In this document: positions 29,536-39,550 of the stretch, piece after piece
Layout: the number at the start of each line of letters is the position of its first letter
Numbering within the stretch: the stretch's first letter is position 1
Origin: an uncultured Patescibacteria group bacterium
GTDB taxonomy: Bacteria > Patescibacteriota > Microgenomatia > UBA1400 > PJMF01
DNA: 64,000 bases
NCBI GenBank assembly: GCA_905478415.1
Contig: CAJQIG010000002.1
Coordinates: 5,573 to 69,572 of the forward strand
Direction: 5' to 3'
Program-made: the position numbers and the translations under genes
The notes under the pieces: generated by a model
What the model was told of the DNA's origin: nothing
Databases searched by the model: none
What the model saw: only the letters and a program-made list of their open reading frames with translations

Positions 29536-31304
29536 AATGACTTCAGCTCCTCAACCGTCGTCGCATCCTGCCAAGATTTATCTGTGCGAACAGTAATCAA
29601 ACGAGGAAAACGTAAAGCTACTTTGGCTGTGTGATTCGGTGAGCGCGTTATCTCATCGGCTGCAACTTCGATTACAACATCGGGCTGAACCCAAACATCA
29701 GGGGTCAATGCATCTGCCACCACATACATAGTTGGCATTTCAGAGACCCGAATCTTGTCACACGCCTCCTTCAATGAAACCAGTCGTTTTTCTGTTAAAC
29801 CCGTGCCGATTTTAGCAATAGTTTTGACCTGTTCATCACTATCTAAAACCCCCACTAAAAGCGCGCCTATTCCAAATTGTGAGCGCTTACCTCGACCCGC
29901 ATAGTACCCCATCACAACTACATCTAGGGTGTCCTTGAGCTTGCCAGAAGCACCTTCCTCTTCTTTTATTTTGACCCATTTCCAGCCTTTTCGACCACCT
30001 TGGTAATCAGAGTCAACCTTCTTAATGACTGCTCCTTCGAGACCTTTGGCCAATTGATCTTCGTGATATTCACGCAGCAGGACCGAGTCCTTAGTAATGA
30101 CGAATGGAGCAACAATAAATGTGCTCTTAGTATTAAAAACCTCCTCTAATAGGTCTTTTCTCTCACGCAAAGGTTTTTCTAAAAACCCAACTCCATCCCG
30201 AAACAAGATATCAAAGACAAAAAATCTAATGGGAACTTTTTCTGAAGCTGCAACAATGTTGTGTTTCCGTTTTCGAGTCATAGTTTCTTGAAATGGCAAC
30301 AGCTCCCCACTTTCGTTATCGTAGCCAATTGCTTCAGAATCTAACACCAAAGAATCTGCACTGACCGCATGTTCTAACTCGTTGAGCTCAGGAAACATAT
30401 GCGTAGCATCCTCTAAGTTTCGAGTGTATGCACGGACTTTACTTCCATCTTCAAAGCCCGATCTTTTAAAATGGATTTGAACCCGAAGTCCATCATACTT
30501 TGGTTCAGCAATAACCTCACCCATTTTATCGATAATTTCTTGTGAAGTATTTAACCTGTGGCAGAGTGCCGGCACCACTGGCACGCCCGCTTTGACACTA
30601 TATTCAGAAAGGACATCTTTGAGTGAAGACTTGCTTTTTGCAACATCCTTCAAATACGTCTCTGCCAAAAAACCGATATCTGCTTGTTTCAGATAGGCAA
30701 GCTCAAGTTGCGTTCGGTGTGCTTTATCGCCTACTACAGCCCATGAAAGTGCATCCAACATCGTCATAGCACTGAAGCCCAACCGTACTTTCCCTAAAAT
30801 AATTCTGACAATAAACTTAGCCGAAATAGGATCAACTACATCTAGTAGTTGCGAAAGTAACAAAACTTTTTCATCTTGTGAACCTGTCCCAGAAATGTGA
30901 GCCAAAGCAACTAATTTTTCATACACCTGAGCAAGTGTTAGGTCCGATTGGTGTGGCTGTACCCAACCCGCAGTCACTTCTCCTAAATCACCCATGTGCT
31001 TATATCGTTTTTCTAACTCTGCTTGCACAGAGGAGGTATCCTCTTCACCAAATAGAGTGGTGGTCTGACCGGTAATAAATGACGTTTTAACTTTCGCTAA
31101 CGTTCTTAAAATCATCTTGGTTGAAAGCTGAAACTCGAGTGATTGGTAACTTGGCACCAAACTACCTTGCATCAAATATGACGCAGGAGCGACTTCAACA
31201 AGGTCAAGTTCGAGAAAAAGCTGCGCCAATCGTTCAGTCATGTCGATTCGTGAAGATAAGTGTTCGAGCTCTTCAAGAGCAGTCGCAAATTTTGAAAATA
31301 GCAT
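29532..31304 (-). CDS. lig: ATP-dependent DNA ligase (full-length, with N-terminal DNA-binding domain)
   Basis: EPKYDGLR (motif I), LDSE, FVFDIL, EGAVIK, WVKIK, DVVVMG, LRFPR. Confidence 0.95.
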   Translation of the reverse strand: MLFSKFATALEELEHLSSRIDMTERLAQLFLELDLVEVAPASYLMQGSLVPSYQSLEFQLSTKMILRTLAKVKTSFITGQTTTLFGEEDTSSVQAELEKRYKHMGDLGEVTAGWVQPHQSDLTLAQVYEKLVALAHISGTGSQDEKVLLLSQLLDVVDPISAKFIVRIILGKVRLGFSAMTMLDALSWAVVGDKAHRTQLELAYLKQADIGFLAETYLKDVAKSKSSLKDVLSEYSVKAGVPVVPALCHRLNTSQEIIDKMGEVIAEPKYDGLRVQIHFKRSGFEDGSKVRAYTRNLEDATHMFPELNELEHAVSADSLVLDSEAIGYDNESGELLPFQETMTRKRKHNIVAASEKVPIRFFVFDILFRDGVGFLEKPLRERKDLLEEVFNTKSTFIVAPFVITKDSVLLREYHEDQLAKGLEGAVIKKVDSDYQGGRKGWKWVKIKEEEGASGKLKDTLDVVVMGYYAGRGKRSQFGIGALLVGVLDSDEQVKTIAKIGTGLTEKRLVSLKEACDKIRVSEMPTMYVVADALTPDVWVQPDVVIEVAADEITRSPNHTAKVALRFPRLITVRTDKSWQDATTVEELKSL

Positions 31305-31319
31305 ATATTGTCTAGTCTA

Positions 31320-32411
31320 CTATTCAACCAGCTGGTATGTAACCCCTTTAGTAACGCCTCGTTTTTTAATCACCCCTTTGGCGATCAAATCTTTGACGTC
31401 ACGTAAGATGGTATCTACAGAAACATTCGGTAATACTTTTTGTGCATCATCTGATGTGATGTGCTCTTGTTGCTGAAATAATTCGAGCAAAATAATCTGT
31501 CGTTCAGAAAGTGCAACTTGTTTCCCCAACTGTTTCTTTAGTTTTAAATCTTTTGAAAGTTTGGTAACTTGCTCTCGCACCTTATCAATTCCAATGGCAA
31601 TACCATAACAAAAGTACTCAAGCCAGTAGGTCATATCGTGCAGTGGATCTTGCTGAACTGAAAGCAAAGCCTGGTAGTATGCTTCAACATCAGCATCGAA
31701 GTATGGTTCTATCGAGAAAAATCGTTTAAAATCATAGCCGAGTGAATGCAGTGCCAACATAGCCATTGCTCGAGCAGTGCGTCCATTTCCTTCAATAAAG
31801 GGATGAATATACACCAACTGATAGTGCACAATTGCTGCTAATAAGATTGGGTGAATTTGCGCTGCAGCTGGCGAGTGAATCCAAGTAAAAAAATCATCAA
31901 CCAAAAAGGGGACTTCGACAGAGACTGGAGGTCTGAATACGACACCACCATGAGCGGCGCTTTTCACAATTACTTGCTTATCTCTAAAAGTCCCTGAATA
32001 CTGTTCTTCTATCAAACGCTCCATAGTAAAGCGATGCACTATTGAGAGCGTCTCAAGCGTAAATACTGACTGGAAATGTGGCTTTACTTGGTCATCAATC
32101 CATTTGATAACGTTGCGGTAGTTAATGACTTCTTGTACATCACGTTCACGAGCCATAATGCCTGTACGATGAAATACTTCACCAGTATCACGAACATCTT
32201 CCAACTGAACAACTCGATTTGATTGTTCTTCAGTTAAGTCATTTCCCTCAATTTTAGTACCATAATGAATTGTTTTACTCATGGCATCCTGACGGAACTT
32301 TGCTTCCCAAGCAGGCACTAGTGGAGCATTATCAATCAGAGCTTTGGCTGACTCAATTCGAGTAATGTAAGTAAGGAGATTGTTGGTAATTCTGAATTTG
32401 GGTTGATACAT
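31320..32411 (-). CDS. Fic family protein with C-terminal wHTH
   Basis: HPFIEGNGRTAR; TKIEGN inhibitory-like motif; DeoR-like C-terminal HTH. Confidence 0.93.
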   Translation of the reverse strand: MYQPKFRITNNLLTYITRIESAKALIDNAPLVPAWEAKFRQDAMSKTIHYGTKIEGNDLTEEQSNRVVQLEDVRDTGEVFHRTGIMARERDVQEVINYRNVIKWIDDQVKPHFQSVFTLETLSIVHRFTMERLIEEQYSGTFRDKQVIVKSAAHGGVVFRPPVSVEVPFLVDDFFTWIHSPAAAQIHPILLAAIVHYQLVYIHPFIEGNGRTARAMAMLALHSLGYDFKRFFSIEPYFDADVEAYYQALLSVQQDPLHDMTYWLEYFCYGIAIGIDKVREQVTKLSKDLKLKKQLGKQVALSERQIILLELFQQQEHITSDDAQKVLPNVSVDTILRDVKDLIAKGVIKKRGVTKGVTYQLVE

Positions 32412-32503
32412 GGGTCCTGCTGCTTTTAATGCCAGAAAGATAACTATTGATCTACTAAGGAGTAGTCACATTGTAGCTTAATTTTTGCATTTTGTGCAGG
32501 GAA

Positions 32504-32558
32504 AAATGTAAATAAATGTAGATAAAATGTAGATAAATGTAGATAAATGTAGATAAAT
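32504..32558 (+). repeat. Tandem 10-bp repeat (AAATGTAGAT) x5, intergenic
   Basis: aaatgtaaat aaatgtagat a aaatgtagat aaatgtagat aaatgtagat aaat. Confidence 0.92.
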
Positions 32559-32563
32559 TGAAG

Positions 32564-34000
32564 CTATTCCTTAAAAAGGTACCGTCTATCCCTGTTACTT
32601 CCTATCTTTTTTAAAATGCCTAGTTTCACCATTTTTACCAATTCAAAGTTTGCTTTTCGATCATCACCAACTTTTGTTAAGTTATTGAGTTCCCTATATT
32701 CACTATTATTGATTCCAACATTTGTGTGTTTAATATGAACAAGTGCTTTTAATTGTCGTTCGTTAAGTCTATATCTCTGAAATTTCCCCAACCAGTCTTG
32801 ATCAGTATCTTGGATAAATGCAGAACTAAATAAAGTTGCAACAAACCAATCATGTTTATGCTCAAACGTTGGTTCACTTAACCCAGCATTCTTCAAAGAA
32901 GCTATAATTGTGCGAATTCCTCTTCCTCTATGCTCAGAAATACTTAGATCTCGAAGATAACTCATAAGTAGTGGATTTCTTGTTTGTGGATGAGCACTGC
33001 TTAGTTTACTTAAAGGAACTAAACTTCTCCCAGCATTCGCAAACTCAACTCTATCTGAATAGATATCAATTTGAATACGACTAGAATAGGTGCTGTAATC
33101 TCTGTGAGCAAGAGCATTAGCTAAGGTTTCTCTGATTGCCAATTCTGGTATAGCTAGATAGTCGGCTCTTTTACCACCTTCTTCAATACGCCCACGTATT
33201 GGAAGTTTAGAGATAATAAATTTCAAAGCATTCTCAAATTGGTCAGAAACATTTCCTCCGAACTCTCTATCATCTAAACTCACTTCAGCAACATCCCCTG
33301 GATTAACTTTATTTGTACCAGAATAGTGAGTAACCGCAATATTAATAGTTGGAGCAGTTAAATCTTGCAATCCAGTCTTATTGCTAAAAGCAAGCAAACC
33401 AAAAAGGGTTGGATTCAGAGTTTGAGTAATAGCTCTCAATTTCTTCAAGACACTTTCTGTATCCATTTTGTTGTACACATCTCCTCTATTTTTTTTAACT
33501 ACACTCAAGTATGTTTGAATACTCTCTTCACTAAAGAAGCTTTCATAATTACCATTGAACTCTATAAGCTCGGCCCCTCCATTAGCTGTAATAGCAAACC
33601 TTCTAATCCACTCATCGTCTACTTGAGTATTAGCTGTACCAACTCTAACTCTTGCCCCTTTAGGAAGACCCCTACTAACACTGTAGATTGGCCTCATTGT
33701 TGATGGTGCTGGTGGAATGAAAACCTGGACTACTCTGTTCTTATCAATATTTACTTCAGGGTACACCTTATGATTAAAGCCCGTTGCACAAAGTGATGCA
33801 ATTGAAGTAAGGAGTTCATCTTGAAACTTAGAACGAATACCTTGAATATCTCCTTCGGGAGTAACTCCAAGGTATATCGACCCACCATCGCTGTTACTAA
33901 AAGCCGAGATTGACTTCCAAAAGTCACCTGGCAATTTTTCGCTGCTAATAGTTTTGAACTCTACTATATCTGATTCTACTTTGGGAATGTTCATCCTCAT
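32564..34000 (-). CDS. AlbA_2 (Schlafen-like) domain plus HATPase_c_4 (RecG-C-like) plus wHTH protein
   Basis: ESDIVEFK, SAFSNSDGGSIYLGV, IRETLANALAHRDY, RNPLL, EHRGRGI. Confidence 0.88.
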   Translation of the reverse strand: MRMNIPKVESDIVEFKTISSEKLPGDFWKSISAFSNSDGGSIYLGVTPEGDIQGIRSKFQDELLTSIASLCATGFNHKVYPEVNIDKNRVVQVFIPPAPSTMRPIYSVSRGLPKGARVRVGTANTQVDDEWIRRFAITANGGAELIEFNGNYESFFSEESIQTYLSVVKKNRGDVYNKMDTESVLKKLRAITQTLNPTLFGLLAFSNKTGLQDLTAPTINIAVTHYSGTNKVNPGDVAEVSLDDREFGGNVSDQFENALKFIISKLPIRGRIEEGGKRADYLAIPELAIRETLANALAHRDYSTYSSRIQIDIYSDRVEFANAGRSLVPLSKLSSAHPQTRNPLLMSYLRDLSISEHRGRGIRTIIASLKNAGLSEPTFEHKHDWFVATLFSSAFIQDTDQDWLGKFQRYRLNERQLKALVHIKHTNVGINNSEYRELNNLTKVGDDRKANFELVKMVKLGILKKIGSNRDRRYLFKE

Positions 34001-34018
34001 TTGTATCCTTGTATTTAC

Positions 34019-34819
34019 CTATTTCAGTAACGTATGTATTGTCTTTGGAACCTGCGCAGCCAAATCAGTAGCATTAAAAAAGGGACCAACTTCCTGGGCC
34101 AGTGTTTCACCTGCTTTTTTATTTACATAACTACTCACAATCGCTGCTACTTCTGCAGAGTTTGTTGCATACAAGCCAGCCATAAGTCCAGCCAGAACAT
34201 CACCCGTTCCTCCCTTAGTCATACCGGGGTGACCTCCTTCGATTAAGATATTTTTTCGATTACAAAACAGAGAGTCCGTTTCCCCTTTTAGGACAATAGT
34301 AACCCCTTTTTCTGACAAGAACTGTAACGCCCCATCTTCATCCAGCTCTAAGTGTGTAGCTACTCTTGCTAACTCTTTTTGATGTGGCGTGATAATCATG
34401 GAGCTCGTCAATAACTCGGGATTAACCATCTGGAGTGCCCCTGCATCAACCACCCATTTTTTATGTGGAAATGTACGCAACAAGGTATTTGTCATTTCAG
34501 TTGTTTCTTCAACTCGTTCCATACCTGGACCAATCAACACACAATCTGCTTCATCAATATACACTTCAACCTGACCTTGTGGCACCACGATACCATTCCA
34601 AAAATTTCCCTTTGCTTCTGCAATGAGTTCGTTATTTTGTGGAACTGAGGCATAAAACAGCATGTCAACAAATCGAGATGCGGTATCAAGAGCCCACCGC
34701 ATCGGAGCATGAAATAACTCTGATCCCCCAATAAAAACTAACTTGCCATTTTCTCCTTTGTGAGAATCACTGGCAGGAAGTTTGAGTTGTGAAAATGCGT
34801 TTTTTATTTCTGGTTGCAT
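34019..34819 (-). CDS. nnrD: ADP-dependent NAD(P)H-hydrate dehydratase (YjeF C-terminal)
   Basis: SHKGENG, IGGS, IGPGM, VVDAGAL, ITPHQKE, GGTGDVLAG. Confidence 0.93.
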   Translation of the reverse strand: MQPEIKNAFSQLKLPASDSHKGENGKLVFIGGSELFHAPMRWALDTASRFVDMLFYASVPQNNELIAEAKGNFWNGIVVPQGQVEVYIDEADCVLIGPGMERVEETTEMTNTLLRTFPHKKWVVDAGALQMVNPELLTSSMIITPHQKELARVATHLELDEDGALQFLSEKGVTIVLKGETDSLFCNRKNILIEGGHPGMTKGGTGDVLAGLMAGLYATNSAEVAAIVSSYVNKKAGETLAQEVGPFFNATDLAAQVPKTIHTLLK

Positions 34820-34824
34820 AGATT

Positions 34825-35910
34825 CTATTCTATAGATTTTTTGTACTGAGTAGTTACGTTCTTTTCACCTACTTTTTCGACAATAAATGGCACAATTCGC
34901 TCATCTGTAGAAGTCACAATCGATTGATAATTTGCTAACGTCTGTAACACAATGTGTTGGCTGTCAACATCAAGCTCAGACATAATATCATCTAATAGTA
35001 GTACCGGCTTCTGTCCACTAATTTTTGCAATATACTCGAGCTCACAAAACTTGAGCCAGAGTACCGCAAGCCGCTGCTGTCCTCGTGAACCATACACCGC
35101 AATGTCCATATCTCTATCGGAGTGAAGAATAATGTTAATGTCATCTTTATGCGGACCAATCAAAGTGTGTCCTGCCGCAATTTCTCTGGGCAAATACTCT
35201 GCTATCCGCTCTTCAGAAATAACTGAAGCCATATACTCCACTGAAAAATTAACTGGAAAGGCTACTTCTGCAAAAGTTGAGAAAAACGCCCGACGATACT
35301 CTTGTAGAATTTCGCCATGTTTAATGAGACCCATATTCCAATACTGCAAAGTAGAACGGGATTGTTCACCTTCACGAACTTGCCACAAAAGTTTATTGCG
35401 TCGTTTCAGTGTCTGTTCATAATTTTTAAGGGCTACTGCATACTTGTAGTACAAAACGGAAAGTGGTGCATCAATATAACTGCGACGTCGGGCTGGTGAC
35501 CCTTCGATAAGTCGCATATCTTCTGGTCGAAATAAAACAGTGAAAAATTTCCCTACTGCATCTTTTTTACGTTTTTTAACGCCATTGACTGAAAACAACC
35601 GATGCTGTGTTCGTTTTCCTTGCACTACCCCTCTTGTTAACATAATCTCAACTTCATCTGATTCACCGTTCAAAGTTGTTTTGGCTTTGACTCTACCCAA
35701 CTCTTCGTCAAAGAGAATCATTTCCTCAATCTTACCTGCTCTGAAACTATTTCCTGTCGAAAGCATATGAACAGCCTCGAGAATAGTGGTTTTGCCACTC
35801 GCATTAGGACCAATAATCACTGTTGATTGGGTAGGAAACTGAATCACAAACGACGAATGTTGACGAAAATTTTGAAGGGCTAAACCGGTAACGAGTCTTT
35901 CTACTTGCAT
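34825..35910 (-). CDS. recF: DNA replication/repair protein RecF
   Basis: LQNFR, GPNASGKT, GSPARRR, GPHKDD, GSRGQQR, LLLDDIMSELD. Confidence 0.95.
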   Translation of the reverse strand: MQVERLVTGLALQNFRQHSSFVIQFPTQSTVIIGPNASGKTTILEAVHMLSTGNSFRAGKIEEMILFDEELGRVKAKTTLNGESDEVEIMLTRGVVQGKRTQHRLFSVNGVKKRKKDAVGKFFTVLFRPEDMRLIEGSPARRRSYIDAPLSVLYYKYAVALKNYEQTLKRRNKLLWQVREGEQSRSTLQYWNMGLIKHGEILQEYRRAFFSTFAEVAFPVNFSVEYMASVISEERIAEYLPREIAAGHTLIGPHKDDINIILHSDRDMDIAVYGSRGQQRLAVLWLKFCELEYIAKISGQKPVLLLDDIMSELDVDSQHIVLQTLANYQSIVTSTDERIVPFIVEKVGEKNVTTQYKKSIE

Positions 35911-35946
35911 TAGGGCATTATAACTAAACTCACAAAAAAAGAATGG

Positions 35947-37680
35947 TTACTTTTTCTCAATATTAAAGAAAGCTCCACTACAACTACTACCCGACCACTG
36001 TGGAATTCTCAAATTGCCAGGAGCTCGTAGGTTAAAAGCTTTACAAAATTGATCGCCATTCATACTCACACCATTAATAGTAACCGTGTTTGTTTTACCC
36101 TCTCCTTGTGAGACTGACACACTATTTGCCGAAGAGATGCCACCATATTTACCAGCTACATCACGCAATTCTGAGTGGGAGTATGGATTTCCACCCCAAC
36201 AAGAAGTCGTAACTGGGCTGACTCGCTCCGCTTCCCCAGAGTTGCCCTTGGTAATAACTAGGTGGGCATTGACAATATCAGCCATTTCTTCTGGACTCAG
36301 CCACGGATTTGATCGGCCGCAAGTATCACCACTGCTACTGTAACCAGCACGCCACCAAGATTTATAGAGCCAAGGAGAACCACCAATTTTTTCATAGGCT
36401 TTGTTTAGTAGATCCGAACCACCAGCTCCATCGGTCGTATCCCAACCAGAAGTTTTTGACCAACCGCCATGTGTAGAAGCAAATTGGGTTGAAACTGGGT
36501 TTCCACCACCATCAACTAAAACCATACCTTTGGTTTCATTTACCGCTTCTTTCCAAGCACCACCTTTTTCAGAATTTTTAAAGACCTGACATTGTTCGGT
36601 AGTACAAATAGATTTTTGACCATTGTTGGTATAGCGAATTGCATACGTACGAGCTGCAATAGCTTGAGCCTTTAAGACTTCTTTTGGCCAACTTGCTGGC
36701 ACCTCATAGATTCTCTGCAGATACCAATCCTCAAACGATCCAGACCCATTGCCATCAACAGAAATTTGATCCATGGCAGTATAGTTCTCTTTAATTTGAG
36801 AACCCGGATAGTAGGCATTCAAAATTTCAGCATATTTTTGTCCACTCTTGGCTCGGCCAAGCGCGCCATACTGACTCATGCCATTTCGATGACTGTAAGC
36901 ACCAAATGAAAAGATGGCAAAGTATCCACCTGGGGCAGATTCATTAAATCCTTTAATAGAGGCCAAGTAATCATCGGCTAACTCACTATCTCCACTCACG
37001 GTAAACCCTCCACTTCTGGCAGTAATAATTTCTTGCTGTCTGGCAGATAACTCGGCTATTTGACTACCAAGTACTGTTTGGTAGTCTTTTGCTTTTCCTA
37101 TCTCACCTTTGAAGAAAGCTGCTTGACTATCAAGCTGAGCTTCCAAACTGGCAAGCGTTTTTTGTGTTTGTTCCAACTCAGCCTTATCTTCTTCAAGTTG
37201 AAACAGTTCTGTACCAATGGTTTGAATCAACTTATTATCTTGAGCTTTGACTGAATCTCGGTACGCCAAATCTTTTGTCAATTCGGCCGCGTTAGCATTC
37301 TGAATAAAGAAGAGTAACGGCGAAAACATTCGTGCTTTTTTGTACTGCTCGTGCACTCGTCGAGATAGAATTTGGTACTGCACTGCTAAATCTTTCTCTC
37401 TCTGTTCAATTTTAGATTCAACCGCAACTGCATCCGCTTGTGCCTTCGAGATACCATATCGAGCATTGGTAATTCGACTTTCTAGAGTGTCAACTTCTTT
37501 CTCAAGTGGTTTTGTTGCATCTTCCGAGAGTTGCTTGAGGTGTTCTAGTTCATCAATTTCTCTTTGGAGCGATTCAACTTCAGCGTTGGCCTTAGCTTGC
37601 TGGTTGACGAACCTCTGAGAGGTAAAAAATCCCGATAAGACAACAAAAAAAGCTAGAAGCAGGAATGATGATTTTTTCAT
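35947..37680 (-). CDS. Secreted coiled-coil protein with SpoIID/LytB (lytic transglycosylase-type) domain
   Basis: Signal peptide, long coiled coil, HRNGMSQYGA, ILNAYYPG, EVPASWPKEVLKAQAIAARTYA, CQVF. Confidence 0.88.
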   Translation of the reverse strand: MKKSSFLLLAFFVVLSGFFTSQRFVNQQAKANAEVESLQREIDELEHLKQLSEDATKPLEKEVDTLESRITNARYGISKAQADAVAVESKIEQREKDLAVQYQILSRRVHEQYKKARMFSPLLFFIQNANAAELTKDLAYRDSVKAQDNKLIQTIGTELFQLEEDKAELEQTQKTLASLEAQLDSQAAFFKGEIGKAKDYQTVLGSQIAELSARQQEIITARSGGFTVSGDSELADDYLASIKGFNESAPGGYFAIFSFGAYSHRNGMSQYGALGRAKSGQKYAEILNAYYPGSQIKENYTAMDQISVDGNGSGSFEDWYLQRIYEVPASWPKEVLKAQAIAARTYAIRYTNNGQKSICTTEQCQVFKNSEKGGAWKEAVNETKGMVLVDGGGNPVSTQFASTHGGWSKTSGWDTTDGAGGSDLLNKAYEKIGGSPWLYKSWWRAGYSSSGDTCGRSNPWLSPEEMADIVNAHLVITKGNSGEAERVSPVTTSCWGGNPYSHSELRDVAGKYGGISSANSVSVSQGEGKTNTVTINGVSMNGDQFCKAFNLRAPGNLRIPQWSGSSCSGAFFNIEKK

Positions 37681-37748
37681 ATACTATAATAGTGTATGCA
37701 CATTGTAGCGAAGCATTGACGACTTGGCTAGGAGAGTTCTTTTTTAGA

Positions 37749-37777
37749 TTGAAAATAATCCCATAACAATATATAAT
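37749..37777 (+). promoter_or_regulatory. Sigma70-type promoter
   Basis: TTGAAA-17 nt-TATAAT upstream of the 37866 gene. Confidence 0.7.
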
Positions 37778-37865
37778 GTGTTGTAGAAAATGAAAATTCC
37801 TCTAACTGTTGAGGAGTGTTGTTCTTTCAAAATCAAAACTTTCCCTGAAACTTAAGGAGAAAAAC

Positions 37866-38150
37866 ATGGGATCATTAGCTTTTTTATTTGTTTTAGAAAA
37901 CTATATTTTTATTGGAACGATCTATCTAGTCATCGCTGTTATAGGAGGAGCTGTTCTACAAGACTTCTCTCTCTTTGTATCAGTGATCATTGTCGGTATT
38001 ATTTGTTCCATAGCCATTGTGACTGTGGGACACCTTCTACCCGCCATGCTGCTTGGCACAGCTCTCTGGAGCTGGGGGCCCCTTGCCGCGTTTATTATAA
38101 ATGTGGGCATATTCTTGATAAGTATGAAGTTGCTTTTCTTTTCTAACTAA
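37866..38150 (+). CDS. Small, very hydrophobic membrane protein
   Basis: 94 aa, about three TM segments; TAAGGAG SD; own promoter and terminator. Confidence 0.75.
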   Translation: MGSLAFLFVLENYIFIGTIYLVIAVIGGAVLQDFSLFVSVIIVGIICSIAIVTVGHLLPAMLLGTALWSWGPLAAFIINVGIFLISMKLLFFSN

Positions 38151-38178
38151 AAGCAATGAAGTTTTGAACAATTATAGT

Positions 38179-38206
38179 AGCCACCTCCTAGAGGTGGCTT
38201 TTCTTT
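38179..38206 (+). terminator. Rho-independent terminator
   Basis: AGCCACCTC-CTA-GAGGTGGCT followed by TTTCTTT. Confidence 0.85.
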
Positions 38207-38278
38207 GCACTCTGGCACGTCGCCTCTTTATAAGGTAAAATACAAGTGAATCTGAGAAGATATAAGAAAGTATGTTTA

Positions 38279-39550
38279 ATGAAACAAAAGATACTTGGCA
38301 TTTTTATTGTCTTTGCTAGTGTTTTTTTGGCGACTAGTCAGGCAAATCAAGCTTATGCTGCTGCCTGTGCTGGAGTTATTAGCGGCATCGGTGACACTCT
38401 CCCCCCCTACTACTCTGGACTAGAGCATGTGATTGTTATGGATATTTCCTCCTACGATCCAAACGACCGGTACTACGTCAAAGTAAAAAATACAAAACTC
38501 ACCGATGATCAAGCTCAAACAGGAAGTTTTCGTTTAAACGATGGAGTATCAGGATCAAATGGTGATTCAAGATGGGAAGTCAGCGGTGGAAAACTCTACA
38601 TCACCATAACTGAAAAAGAAGCACTTGCCCCAAATACAACAGATGGAGAGAACGGTTCTCACTTTGTCGAACTCTACAAACATGAATTTGGATCAAATAG
38701 ATTTTGTGAAATTGGTTACTATTACACACCAAAGAATACCCTCGCAGGAAAATGTACTTTTACTATTACCCAACAACGAACTGGGGCAGATGGAAACACT
38801 CAGGCCTGTTATGCAGCAGGCCAAGCCTCGTGCATGGAAGATGACAAACCGGTTCAAATTGAGGTCTCTGGCCTTGAAGATGCAGATGGACCGTACAATG
38901 GAGCCGTTAGATTTGTCATAGGTGCTGAAGGCTGGGATGCAGGAGGAGATCATATAGAAACATCAACAAATGGCACAGCTACAACCTCAATAACTCCAAA
39001 CTCATCAGCTTCATTTGCAGAAGGAAAAACATATACCGTCAAAATGGAAGCGTCTAGATTAGGAATCAACTTTGACTTTCCAGACCAAAGTTGTACAACA
39101 AAAATTACAATTTCTGACTATTGTGCTCCAGAGCAGTGTGGAGATGAGGCTACAATCGGAGGTGCTCAAGCAATTGGTCCAGACGAATTCAAACTTTGCT
39201 CACAAATAAAAGACCCCGTTGCATTCGAAGCTTGCACTACTTGCGCCGGCGGCGAAGATGGAGAAGATGGCATCTGGACAGCCATTGGCTGTATTAGCAG
39301 AGAACCTGAAGAAATTGTTGGAAAACTCATCAGATTGGGCCTGAGTATGGGTGGTGGAATTGCGCTTCTGATGATCTTATCTGCTGGATTTACACTAACT
39401 GTTTCACAAGGAAACCCACAGAAGGCAGGTCAAGCTAAAGAGATGATTACTGCTGCGGTCACAGGCCTACTCTTCATTATCTTTTCTGTCACTATTCTAC
39501 AATTTATTGGCTTTTCTGTGCTCAAGATACCTGGATTTGGAGGGCCATAA
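38279..39550 (+). CDS. Large extracellular domain fused to a C-terminal VirB2/TrbC-like pilin domain
   Basis: Signal peptide (QAYA-A); C-terminal TM-SQGNPQKAGQAKEMITAAVTGL-TM hairpin. Confidence 0.75.
   Translation: MKQKILGIFIVFASVFLATSQANQAYAAACAGVISGIGDTLPPYYSGLEHVIVMDISSYDPNDRYYVKVKNTKLTDDQAQTGSFRLNDGVSGSNGDSRWEVSGGKLYITITEKEALAPNTTDGENGSHFVELYKHEFGSNRFCEIGYYYTPKNTLAGKCTFTITQQRTGADGNTQACYAAGQASCMEDDKPVQIEVSGLEDADGPYNGAVRFVIGAEGWDAGGDHIETSTNGTATTSITPNSSASFAEGKTYTVKMEASRLGINFDFPDQSCTTKITISDYCAPEQCGDEATIGGAQAIGPDEFKLCSQIKDPVAFEACTTCAGGEDGEDGIWTAIGCISREPEEIVGKLIRLGLSMGGGIALLMILSAGFTLTVSQGNPQKAGQAKEMITAAVTGLLFIIFSVTILQFIGFSVLKIPGFGGP

Noticed and set aside
32451-32558. TCTACTAAG and TGTAGAT resemble the Cas12a repeat stem
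   Set aside because: Units are head-to-tail 10-mers with no spacers, and no cas genes are present
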